Shown piece after piece: positions 1-6,788 of a DNA stretch of 11,437 bases; position 1 is the first letter of the stretch; each line of letters opens with the position of its first letter. Below the pieces are notes generated by a model, which ran no database searches, was not told where the DNA came from, and saw only the letters and a program-made list of their open reading frames with translations. The translations under genes and the position numbers were made by a program. Source of the stretch: an uncultured Thermoplasmatales archaeon (GTDB lineage Archaea; Thermoplasmatota; E2; UBA202; DSCA01); NCBI GenBank assembly GCA_964514975.1, contig CAZESS010000033.1, positions 1 through 11,437 of the forward strand, in the 5' to 3' direction.

Positions 1-71
1 AGTCACAGGAAGGCTAACCTGTGGTTTTCTTGGCCGGTTTGTCTTGCCAGGCTGCTCCTGATTTTTCTTTT

Positions 72-1685
72 TCAGGTGAGATGGCGGATGATGTACCGGT
101 GGATGTCGTCGTTGATGGCTATCTGAGAGTTGTGGTCTGCGTCGCCATGTGGCCGCGCCTGGCCGGTGACGATGTACAGCGGAACACCCTCGAGGTAGGG
201 GCTCTCGGTGGGGACGAGGCCGTCCGTGGTATGGTTCACCCCGTCACCGTCGAAATCTTTTGGCTCTCCGATGCGAAACCCGATGTCTGAGCCGATGGCG
301 TGGTAGTCGACGAGGTCGCATCCCCGGTAGCCCATGGCCTCGAGGAACTTGGAATGGTAGACCATGTCCTGCATCTGGCAGGCCCACCAGGGCAGCGGAA
401 TGAAGTCCAGTCGCTCCAGGAACGTCTCGTTGAATCCGGGGGGTATCCCGTGGTTCATGGTGCCGACCATGAAGAGGTCGTCTATCTGATGGGGGCCGAT
501 GGATATGTCCGGGGTGCCGTCGCCGTGCCACGGCGTGCCGGGATCGCCAGGCTGCCATGAATTGTTCCAGAAGTCGACGTCTGCACCCGTTTGCTCTGCC
601 AGAAACCGGGCGACGAGGCCGCCCATGCTGTGTGTCACCACGTCGATCGTCTGGTTGGGGCTGTATCCGTTGTCGACGAGAGCGCGTTCGATGGCGTCGT
701 TGACCCTGCCCGCCATCCAGGGGATGTGGCGGTCGGCCCAGCCCGGTGTATAGCGGAGGTACTGTATCCCCGGCAGGCTGGTGTCAAAGTCGAGGATGGT
801 GTGTCCATGCCGCTGCAGCTTCTCGGTGATATTTGACCATGTCTGGAGAAGTTTTTTGGTCATCGAGCCAAACCAGCCGTGGATGAGCACCACAGGGTAC
901 GTGCCCGGTGTCTCAGGCTGCACCTGGATGGATGTCATGCCGTTGCATCCTGCGTATTCGTGCTCCCCTGTGAGGTTCTCATCCATCTGCACCACGCACC
1001 ATATCTCGGTTGTCTCGTTGACGTCGGAGAGATAGAACGGAACGCTGGCGCTGCCCTTTTTGTCGGTTGTTGTTTCCCTGACGCTGAGCGGCTGCACCGT
1101 GTTCCCGCCCGCGTTGAAAAAGGTCCACGAGAGCGGCTGCCCTGCCAGATGACGCCATTCCTCGCCGTGGCGACCCCTGAGCGTGGCTGTCAGCCTGACG
1201 GTTTCCCCGGCCGTCATCGCTGCCTGCTCAGCCGAGATTGTGACGTTGGTTTCGTATATCTCCGGGATGACCATGTAGCGCGCCCGGGCATGGTAGGTTT
1301 CACCCAGCCAGGTGGTACGCGCCTCGATGGTTACGTTGTATCTGCGGACGTCAACGTCCTCCGGTGCCGTATAGATTGCGGTGAGCTTTCCCGTGTCGTT
1401 GAGCGCGGAGGCACAGCGGAGCGAGCCCTTGCCGCCCGGGGCATCTATGTTCCAGGACACCGCGGTGGACAACGGCGCTCCACCGTTGATGGTGAAGGAG
1501 AGCTCGAGCGCGGCGGTTTCGCCCTCGTGCAGCATCGCCGTTGTCGGGTTGAGCGTGAACGTTGCCGCTGGCACCTCGCCTCCGCCGGAGGACTGCCAGT
1601 TGAGGGCGATGGACGAGGAGGCCAGCACGAACCCGATGACGAGGATAAACAGCATTTTCTGTGTACCCTTCATCGGTTGTATCAT
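72..1685 (-). CDS. Secreted or membrane-anchored alpha/beta-hydrolase (lipase/esterase-like) with N-terminal beta-rich, probably Ig-like, domains
   Basis: 537-aa ORF with a hydrophobic N-terminus (MLFILVIGFVLASSSIAL). Motifs: oxyanion region PVVLIHGW, nucleophile elbow VVTHSMGGLVAR (THSMG at 621-635), TDGLVP (candidate Asp) and ADHN (candidate His). The start is uncertain: in-frame ATGs at 1685, 1673 and 1655. Confidence 0.85.
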   Translation of the reverse strand: MIQPMKGTQKMLFILVIGFVLASSSIALNWQSSGGGEVPAATFTLNPTTAMLHEGETAALELSFTINGGAPLSTAVSWNIDAPGGKGSLRCASALNDTGKLTAIYTAPEDVDVRRYNVTIEARTTWLGETYHARARYMVIPEIYETNVTISAEQAAMTAGETVRLTATLRGRHGEEWRHLAGQPLSWTFFNAGGNTVQPLSVRETTTDKKGSASVPFYLSDVNETTEIWCVVQMDENLTGEHEYAGCNGMTSIQVQPETPGTYPVVLIHGWFGSMTKKLLQTWSNITEKLQRHGHTILDFDTSLPGIQYLRYTPGWADRHIPWMAGRVNDAIERALVDNGYSPNQTIDVVTHSMGGLVARFLAEQTGADVDFWNNSWQPGDPGTPWHGDGTPDISIGPHQIDDLFMVGTMNHGIPPGFNETFLERLDFIPLPWWACQMQDMVYHSKFLEAMGYRGCDLVDYHAIGSDIGFRIGEPKDFDGDGVNHTTDGLVPTESPYLEGVPLYIVTGQARPHGDADHNSQIAINDDIHRYIIRHLT

Positions 1686-1696
1686 CCTGTGGGTGT

Positions 1697-1710
1697 ATCA
1701 TATATCTTTT
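1697..1710 (-). promoter_or_regulatory. Putative archaeal BRE/TATA promoter of the hydrolase gene
   Basis: Minus strand reads AAAAGATATATGAT, an AT-rich island in GC-rich DNA about 20-30 nt upstream of the candidate starts. Confidence 0.5.
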
Positions 1711-1760
1711 CGTTCGGCCATCGGCGGAGTTTGCCGCCTGTGCAGGGTCGTCCCGGGGCG

Positions 1761-1793
1761 AATGCTTAAAAGCCAGCGTGTGTTGTATCCATG
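1761..1793 (+). promoter_or_regulatory. Putative BRE/TATA promoter with downstream GTTGTATCCATG element; probably a leaderless start
   Basis: AATGCTTAAAA at 1761-1771, then GTTGTATCCATG at 1782-1793 containing the ATG at 1791. Confidence 0.55.
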
Positions 1794-2045
1794 ATGTCCG
1801 TGGCAGTGGCTGATGAACCCGATGCCGGGGAGGATGACGGAGCGTTCAGGGCGCGGCGCTACTGCCGTATCGTGGACTGGACGTCGCTTGCGCTCATCCT
1901 GATTGCTGTCCTGCTCGGCGGGCTGTATACGGTCTGGGTGCTCGGCAGCGTCGGTCTTGCCTTTGTCGCCATCGTGGTCGCCATCGTGGTGGTTATCGGC
2001 GGCGCCGCGTTCGTGTTGAAGGTGTGTATCCGCCGGGTGATGTGA
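1791..2045 (+). CDS. Small hypothetical membrane protein (2 predicted TM helices)
   Basis: 84 aa: acidic N-terminus, two long hydrophobic stretches (SLALILIAVLLGGLYTVWVL and VGLAFVAIVVAIVVVIGGAAFVL), basic C-terminus. It fills the gap between genes, has a TATA box upstream and ends 6 nt from the convergent DtxR stop. Confidence 0.7.
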   Translation: MMSVAVADEPDAGEDDGAFRARRYCRIVDWTSLALILIAVLLGGLYTVWVLGSVGLAFVAIVVAIVVVIGGAAFVLKVCIRRVM

Positions 2046-2051
2046 GGGCTG

Positions 2052-2513
2052 TTACTGCCGGTCGGTGTCGCAGAGATCGCATGGGGTCCGTTTCCCGGTT
2101 TTGCAGTACTGCCGGAAGTGGTGGACCCAGCGTGGCTCGTCGGGTGCGCCGGTGACGAAGTGGACGAATTTTTCGAGTTGCTGTATGCTCTGTTCGCTGA
2201 CGTGATGTTCTATCTGGCAGGCGTCGATTTCCGCTCTGGCCCGTTCGACGCCGATGATGTCGAGGAAGTCGGCGATGACCCGGTGCCTGTCCATGAGCTC
2301 GGCGGCGAGCGCGTGCCCGGTGTCGGTGAGCATGGCGCCCCGGTAGGGGGTGTAGTCGACGTACCCCGCGCGCTGGAGCTTTTTGAGCATTTCGGTGACT
2401 GAGGGAGCCTGGACGTTCATTTCTGCGGCTATGGCGCTGGTGTGGGCGCTGCCGTTTCGCTGCTGGAGGACGTGGATGGTTTCTATGTATTCTTCTATGG
2501 TTTTTTGTTTCAT
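2052..2513 (-). CDS. DtxR/MntR-family metal-dependent transcriptional regulator
   Basis: TIEEYIETI, wHTH (TSAIAAEMNVQAPSVTEMLKKL..GYVDYTPYRGAMLT..G) and dimerisation/metal-binding region (RHRVIADFL...DACQIEHH). Starts 6 nt after the feoB stop. Confidence 0.95.
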   Translation of the reverse strand: MKQKTIEEYIETIHVLQQRNGSAHTSAIAAEMNVQAPSVTEMLKKLQRAGYVDYTPYRGAMLTDTGHALAAELMDRHRVIADFLDIIGVERARAEIDACQIEHHVSEQSIQQLEKFVHFVTGAPDEPRWVHHFRQYCKTGKRTPCDLCDTDRQ

Positions 2514-2519
2514 GGTGTG

Positions 2520-4232
2520 CTATGTGCCGAGCAGTGTGATGTGCAGCAGCCCGCCGACGAGGGTTGCCGCGAGGAGCATGATGCCGGTTGCCTTGAGCAT
2601 GTCCCGGAGGCCGAGTTCGCGGAGCATGACCGCGAAGGTGGCGACGCAGGGAAAGTAGATGGTGAGGACGACGGCGGCGATGACGAGCTGCATGGCTGTC
2701 ATGTCGAGTGAGAGGAGCATGCCGATGGCGAGGTCCTTGCGGAGGAAGCCGATGAGCAGCGCCGTCGTCGCATCGCTGGGCAGCCCGAGCCATCCATGGG
2801 TGAACGGTGCGAAGAGGTCGCCGAGTCCCTGGAGGATACCCGCCGAGTAGAGCACGTTGATGAGGAGGACACCGAGGAACAGGAACGGGATAGCCTCGCC
2901 GAGAAATCCGCGGGCGCGCATCCATGTTTTTTTGGCAATTGCTGTCATCGAGGGCCGGCGATAGGGCGGTATTTCCATGAATATCTCGGGGCTTTCGCCT
3001 GCCACCACGCGGGTGAGCAGGAGCCCCGCCGTGACGTATGTTGCGATGAGCACGCCGACGACGAGGAGGATGTATCGGAATCCATGCGGCCCGAGGATGC
3101 CGAATATCATGGCGGTCTGGGCCATGCAGGGCACGGCGATGGCGAGCAGCGTCGACGCGATGAAGCGTTGTTTCCTGGTTTCCAGGTTCCGGGTGGCGAG
3201 CATGCCGGGGACGTTGCATCCCAGCCCCATGAAGACGGGGACGATGCCGTAGCCGTGCATGCCGAGCCGGTGGAAGACGTTGTCGGTGAGCGTCGCCAGC
3301 CTTGGGAGATATCCAGTGTCCTCAAGCAGCGACAGCAGGAGGTAGAACGCGATGATGTAGGGGAGCACCATGCCGAAGGGGACGTAGAGCCCGGTGGTGA
3401 GCATGCCCATTGATTGCTCGTAGTCGATGCCGCCGTTGACGAGCTGGCCGATGAGCACGTCGTGCAGCACGCCGGCGCCGAGCCATTCGCTGATGTCCAT
3501 GGCGAGCGGCCGGTATGCCTCGAATACGGGGTCAAGCAGGATGGTGATGATGGTTTCGCCGATGACCTGGATGAGCCAGAACGAGGCGAGCAGCACGGCG
3601 ATGGCGATGGGGATGCCGCTGGCGGGCATGATGGTCGCATCGGCGAGCCGGTCCCGCAGCGTGTGGTGCCGGTGTTCGACGTGCTGTACGTCCCGTATGA
3701 TGTGGCCGATGTCGATCCATCGCTGTTCGTCGCTGCCTGATGCTCGATCGCCCGTGCGGGCGTGTGGGAACGCTGCAACGAGGTCGCGGAATCCTTCGCC
3801 GGTGAGTGCCACCGTTGGTATCGTGGGGACGTGCAGCCTCGCCCTGAGATGTTCCTGGTCGATGTGGATGCCCTGGTGGGCTGTTTCGTCCCACATGTTG
3901 AGTGCTACCACCATGGGCACGTTTTGCTCGAGCAGTTCGAGCGTGAGGTAGAGGTTGCGTTCGAGGTTGGTGGCGTCGACGACGTTGATGACGAGGTCTG
4001 CTTCGTGGAGCAGTTCAACGGCGACCTCCTCGGCCTTGTTTGATGCTTCGAGTGAGTAGGTGCCCGGTGCGTCGATGATTTCTGCTCGGTCCTGTCCGAG
4101 GCGGATTTTTCCTCTGGAGATGTCGATGGTGGTGCCCGGGTAGTTTGAGGAGATGACCTGGGCGCCGGTGAGCCGTGCGAAGACGACGCTTTTGCCCACG
4201 TTTGGATTGCCCATTAAAACGATTTTTTTCAT
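2520..4232 (-). CDS. feoB: Ferrous iron transport protein B
   Basis: GTPase motifs G1 GNPNVGKS, G2 NYPGTT, G3 DAPG and G4 NMWD. The multi-TM C-terminal domain carries LLEDTGYLPR, GLGCNVP, FMEIPPYRRP and YFPCVATF. Confidence 0.97.
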   Translation of the reverse strand: MKKIVLMGNPNVGKSVVFARLTGAQVISSNYPGTTIDISRGKIRLGQDRAEIIDAPGTYSLEASNKAEEVAVELLHEADLVINVVDATNLERNLYLTLELLEQNVPMVVALNMWDETAHQGIHIDQEHLRARLHVPTIPTVALTGEGFRDLVAAFPHARTGDRASGSDEQRWIDIGHIIRDVQHVEHRHHTLRDRLADATIMPASGIPIAIAVLLASFWLIQVIGETIITILLDPVFEAYRPLAMDISEWLGAGVLHDVLIGQLVNGGIDYEQSMGMLTTGLYVPFGMVLPYIIAFYLLLSLLEDTGYLPRLATLTDNVFHRLGMHGYGIVPVFMGLGCNVPGMLATRNLETRKQRFIASTLLAIAVPCMAQTAMIFGILGPHGFRYILLVVGVLIATYVTAGLLLTRVVAGESPEIFMEIPPYRRPSMTAIAKKTWMRARGFLGEAIPFLFLGVLLINVLYSAGILQGLGDLFAPFTHGWLGLPSDATTALLIGFLRKDLAIGMLLSLDMTAMQLVIAAVVLTIYFPCVATFAVMLRELGLRDMLKATGIMLLAATLVGGLLHITLLGT

Positions 4233-4459
4233 GCTGTTGTGACGAAGATGCGCTGTGCCATGCCCCGGCCGATGGTTGTTTTTCGCCCTTCCACCTCGAC
4301 GACGAGCGGGCCGACGAAGGGGTGTTTGGTGACCACCCGGATGTGTTTGCCTTCGCGTATGCCCATGGTGCGGAGCTTGCGCTGGCAGCCGCGGCCGCCG
4401 GCGAGGCGGGCGATGGTTGCGGTGTCTCCCGTGTCGAGGTCTGCGATTGGCTGTTCCAT
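4229..4459 (-). CDS. feoA: Ferrous iron transport protein A
   Basis: 76-aa FeoA-type sequence (RKLRTMGIREG..IRVV..HPF.GPLVVEVEG.KTTIGRGMA). Overlaps the feoB start by 4 bp (ATGA) and has an SD-like GGTGA upstream. Confidence 0.95.
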   Translation of the reverse strand: MEQPIADLDTGDTATIARLAGGRGCQRKLRTMGIREGKHIRVVTKHPFVGPLVVEVEGRKTTIGRGMAQRIFVTTA

Positions 4460-4474
4460 ACCGTCACCGATATT

Positions 4475-4490
4475 TTTAGGTATACCTAAA
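4475..4490. promoter_or_regulatory. DtxR/MntR-family operator (perfect 16-bp palindrome TTTAGGTATACCTAAA)
   Basis: Perfect palindrome with TTAGG-N4-CCTAA half-sites, as in DtxR/MntR/SirR-type boxes. Lies between the TATA box and the feoA start of an operon that encodes a DtxR-family regulator. Confidence 0.88.
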
Positions 4491-4494
4491 CTCC

Positions 4495-4506
4495 TTTTTA
4501 AGCGTT
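4495..4506 (-). promoter_or_regulatory. BRE/TATA promoter of the feoA-feoB-regulator operon
   Basis: Minus strand reads AACGCTTAAAAA immediately upstream of the operator, resembling AATGCTTAAAA at 1761. Confidence 0.65.
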
Positions 4507-4541
4507 GTGGTGTCCCTCAGTGCCGCTTCGAGGGCCAACAA

Positions 4542-4577
4542 TTTATATGCCTGCCGGGGTTGTATCCATGAGAGGAG
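4542..4577 (+). promoter_or_regulatory. TATA box, GTTGTATCCATG element and SD sequence of the C25 peptidase gene
   Basis: TTTATAT at 4542-4548, GTTGTATCCATG at 4559-4570, GAGGAG at 4572-4577 and in-frame ATG at 4582. Confidence 0.6.
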
Positions 4578-4581
4578 CACG

Positions 4582-5994
4582 ATGGAGCGAACCTGGATAC
4601 CTGTAGCATGCACGATTGCTGTCCTGCTCAGCTCGCCGCTGCTCGCCGGCATGGATACAATACAGCCGGCAGACCCGGTCGTCGCACCGACCGCCACGGA
4701 TGGCGAAGGCGATACATATGACCTCCTCGTCATTTCCCCGGCACAATGGACAGACGAGCTGCAGCGCCTGGCGGAGCACAAGGAACGATACGGGCTGGCG
4801 ACACAGGTCGTCACCCTCGACGAGATATACACCGGTGCCTGGTTCCCCGTCCAGGGACGCGACGACGCCGAGCGGATAAAATACTTCATCAGGTACACGC
4901 TCGAAAACTGGAGCATTACCTACGTCATGCTCGTCGGCGGCCGCCGTCCCTCGCTCCAGGGCGAGCCATGGTGGCTTCCCGCCCGGTACAGCCACATAGA
5001 GGACAACGTCGCAACCGAGGAGGACCGATATCTCAGCGACCTCTACTACGCGGACATCTACACCAGCGAGGGCGATTTTTCCTCATGGGACACCGACCGC
5101 GACGGCGTCTACGGGGAATGGCGGAAAAACCGGGCGGCGGAGGACATCCGCGACCTGTATCCCGACGTGTGCCTGGGCCGCCTCGCCTGCCGGAATGCCC
5201 GCGAGGTTGCCATCATGGTCGACAAAATCATCACCTACGAGACCGGCGTTTACGATGCAGGATGGCTGGACACCTTCGTCACCGTCGCTGGTGACACCTA
5301 CACCTTCAACGACTACAACGAGGGCGAGGTCGCCGCCCGACAGGCCATCGAGCGCATGCCCAACATGACCGCCGTACATCTCTGGACATCTGACGGGTCG
5401 CTCCAGGGATGGCGCGACGTCGCCGCCACGCTCGAAAACGGCTGCGGATTCATCTTTTTCGCCGGACATGGCAGCCCGACCACCTGGGGCACCCATCCCC
5501 CCAACGACCCCGACACATGGATATACGGCCTGCAGACCTTCCAGATGCCCCTGCTGAACAACGGTGGGAAGCTGCCCGTCTGCGTGGTCGCCGGCTGCCA
5601 CAACAGCCTGTTCAACGTCAGCCTGGCCAATCCCTCCTGGACCTTTGGCATCCCGGTCTACGAATGCTGGAGTTGGCGGCTGACCAGCCACCCGCGCGGC
5701 GGTGCCATCGCAACCCTGGGCAGCACCGGCCTTGGCTACGGCAAAGAAGACAAGTTCCATCCAGAGGACGGCGGCGCGGGCGACTGGCTCGACGTGCTGT
5801 TCTTCGACGCCTGTGGCCGGCACGGTATCGACATGCTCGGCCGGGCATGGCGCCACGCCATCGACACCTACCTCGACCAGTACCCGATAAACTGGAACGC
5901 GATCGCCTTCCACGACCCGGCGCTGGACGCCAAAACCGTGGAGGAATGGGTGCTCCTCGGTGACCCGTCGCTCAAAATCGGCGGCTATCCATAG
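4582..5994 (+). CDS. Secreted gingipain-like cysteine peptidase (family C25, clan CD)
   Basis: Start moved from 4507 to ATG 4582 because of the SD and the signal peptide MERTWIPVACTIAVLLSSPLLA (470 aa). Motifs: YDLLVISP, YVMLVG, SDLYYAD, PDVCLGRL, catalytic His in FAGHG (CAT 5467), catalytic Cys in VAGCH (TGC 5596), GGAIA and C-terminal LLGDPSL. Confidence 0.92.
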   Translation: MERTWIPVACTIAVLLSSPLLAGMDTIQPADPVVAPTATDGEGDTYDLLVISPAQWTDELQRLAEHKERYGLATQVVTLDEIYTGAWFPVQGRDDAERIKYFIRYTLENWSITYVMLVGGRRPSLQGEPWWLPARYSHIEDNVATEEDRYLSDLYYADIYTSEGDFSSWDTDRDGVYGEWRKNRAAEDIRDLYPDVCLGRLACRNAREVAIMVDKIITYETGVYDAGWLDTFVTVAGDTYTFNDYNEGEVAARQAIERMPNMTAVHLWTSDGSLQGWRDVAATLENGCGFIFFAGHGSPTTWGTHPPNDPDTWIYGLQTFQMPLLNNGGKLPVCVVAGCHNSLFNVSLANPSWTFGIPVYECWSWRLTSHPRGGAIATLGSTGLGYGKEDKFHPEDGGAGDWLDVLFFDACGRHGIDMLGRAWRHAIDTYLDQYPINWNAIAFHDPALDAKTVEEWVLLGDPSLKIGGYP

Positions 5995-6003
5995 CATGCG
6001 TGC

Positions 6004-6016
6004 AAAGATAAAAATA
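6004..6016 (+). promoter_or_regulatory. Putative BRE/TATA promoter of the PAC2 gene
   Basis: AAAGATAAAAATA in the intergenic gap, about 30 nt upstream of ATG 6045. Confidence 0.45.
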
Positions 6017-6044
6017 GTCCGCCCGGATATTGATAGCTGATAGC

Positions 6045-6785
6045 ATGGCAGATGCCTGTTTTGAAATCCACGCAGACCGGGACATGCCCGACATCGAGTA
6101 CATGGTGGCAGGATTCCCCGGCATGGGCCTCATCGGCGGCATGGCCTCCGAGCAGCTCATCAACACCCTCGAGCTGGAGCAGGTCGCCTCGATAGACTGC
6201 GACCGGTTTCCGCCCACCGCGGTCATATTCGACGGCATCCCCCGCCGCCCCGTCCGGGTTTTCGCCGGCTCCGGTATGCTGCTCGCCAAGTCCGACATGG
6301 TGATCCCGCCCGTGCTCACCGCCCAGCTCGCAGAGCACATCGTCACCTACGCCAGGGAAAACGGCGCCCGGGAGGCCATCGTCTTCGACGGCATCCAGGA
6401 ACGCGAGGACGCCGACGAGGAAAACAAGGTCTGGGCCATCGTCAGCAGCCACGACGCAGCCGAAAAAGCCGAGGAGGCAGGCATTGACCTCATCAAACGA
6501 GGTGCCATCGCCGGCATGTCCAGCTCGCTGCTGCTCCACGCACAGCAGCAAAACATCGAAGCCATCGGCATGCTCGCAGAGGGCACACCCAAGCTGCCCG
6601 ACCCCCGCGCCGCAGCGAAGCTCCTCCAGATCTTCGCATCCTACAAAAACCTGGACATCGACACCAGCCCGCTCATCGAAAGCGCCGACCAGCTCGAACA
6701 GCAATATGCGCAGCTCGTCGCCAAAACCAAGCAGGCGCAGGCAGACATGGAGCCCCAGGCCGCGCATCCGCCGCTCTACGGATAG
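6045..6785 (+). CDS. Proteasome assembly chaperone PAC2-family protein (PbaA/PbaB-like) with C-terminal HbYX motif
   Basis: Motifs MVAGFPGMGLIG..ASEQL, FPPTAVIFDG, PDPRAAAKLL and IDTSPLIESA. The C-terminus ends PPLYG. ATG 6045 is preferred over TTG 6030 (246 aa). Confidence 0.92.
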   Translation: MADACFEIHADRDMPDIEYMVAGFPGMGLIGGMASEQLINTLELEQVASIDCDRFPPTAVIFDGIPRRPVRVFAGSGMLLAKSDMVIPPVLTAQLAEHIVTYARENGAREAIVFDGIQEREDADEENKVWAIVSSHDAAEKAEEAGIDLIKRGAIAGMSSSLLLHAQQQNIEAIGMLAEGTPKLPDPRAAAKLLQIFASYKNLDIDTSPLIESADQLEQQYAQLVAKTKQAQADMEPQAAHPPLYG

Positions 6786-6788
6786 CCA

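Noticed and set aside
61-72. T-rich tract as an archaeal terminator
   Set aside because: It is on the plus strand and would serve a gene outside the window, so it cannot be supported from this sequence.
1678-1701. Direct repeat TGTATCAT (1678-1685 and 1694-1701) at the hydrolase promoter
   Set aside because: Only two 8-bp copies. It could be a regulator site but cannot be distinguished from chance here.
879-1769. 296-aa plus-strand ORF
   Set aside because: Antisense to the hydrolase gene, with no domain signal.
1993-3219. 408-aa Arg/His/Pro-rich ORF on the minus strand
   Set aside because: Alternative frame over feoB and the DtxR gene. Its composition is typical of shadow ORFs in GC-rich DNA and it has no recognisable motifs.
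4507-4581. Longer N-terminal extensions from the ORF track (also 6030, 8156, 9896 and 9916)
   Set aside because: They run through TATA or SD elements or precede clear signal peptides and domain starts; the downstream ATGs fit better.
5083-6767. 304-aa and 260-aa minus-strand ORFs
   Set aside because: Antisense shadows of the C25 and PAC2 genes, expected from high-GC codon bias.
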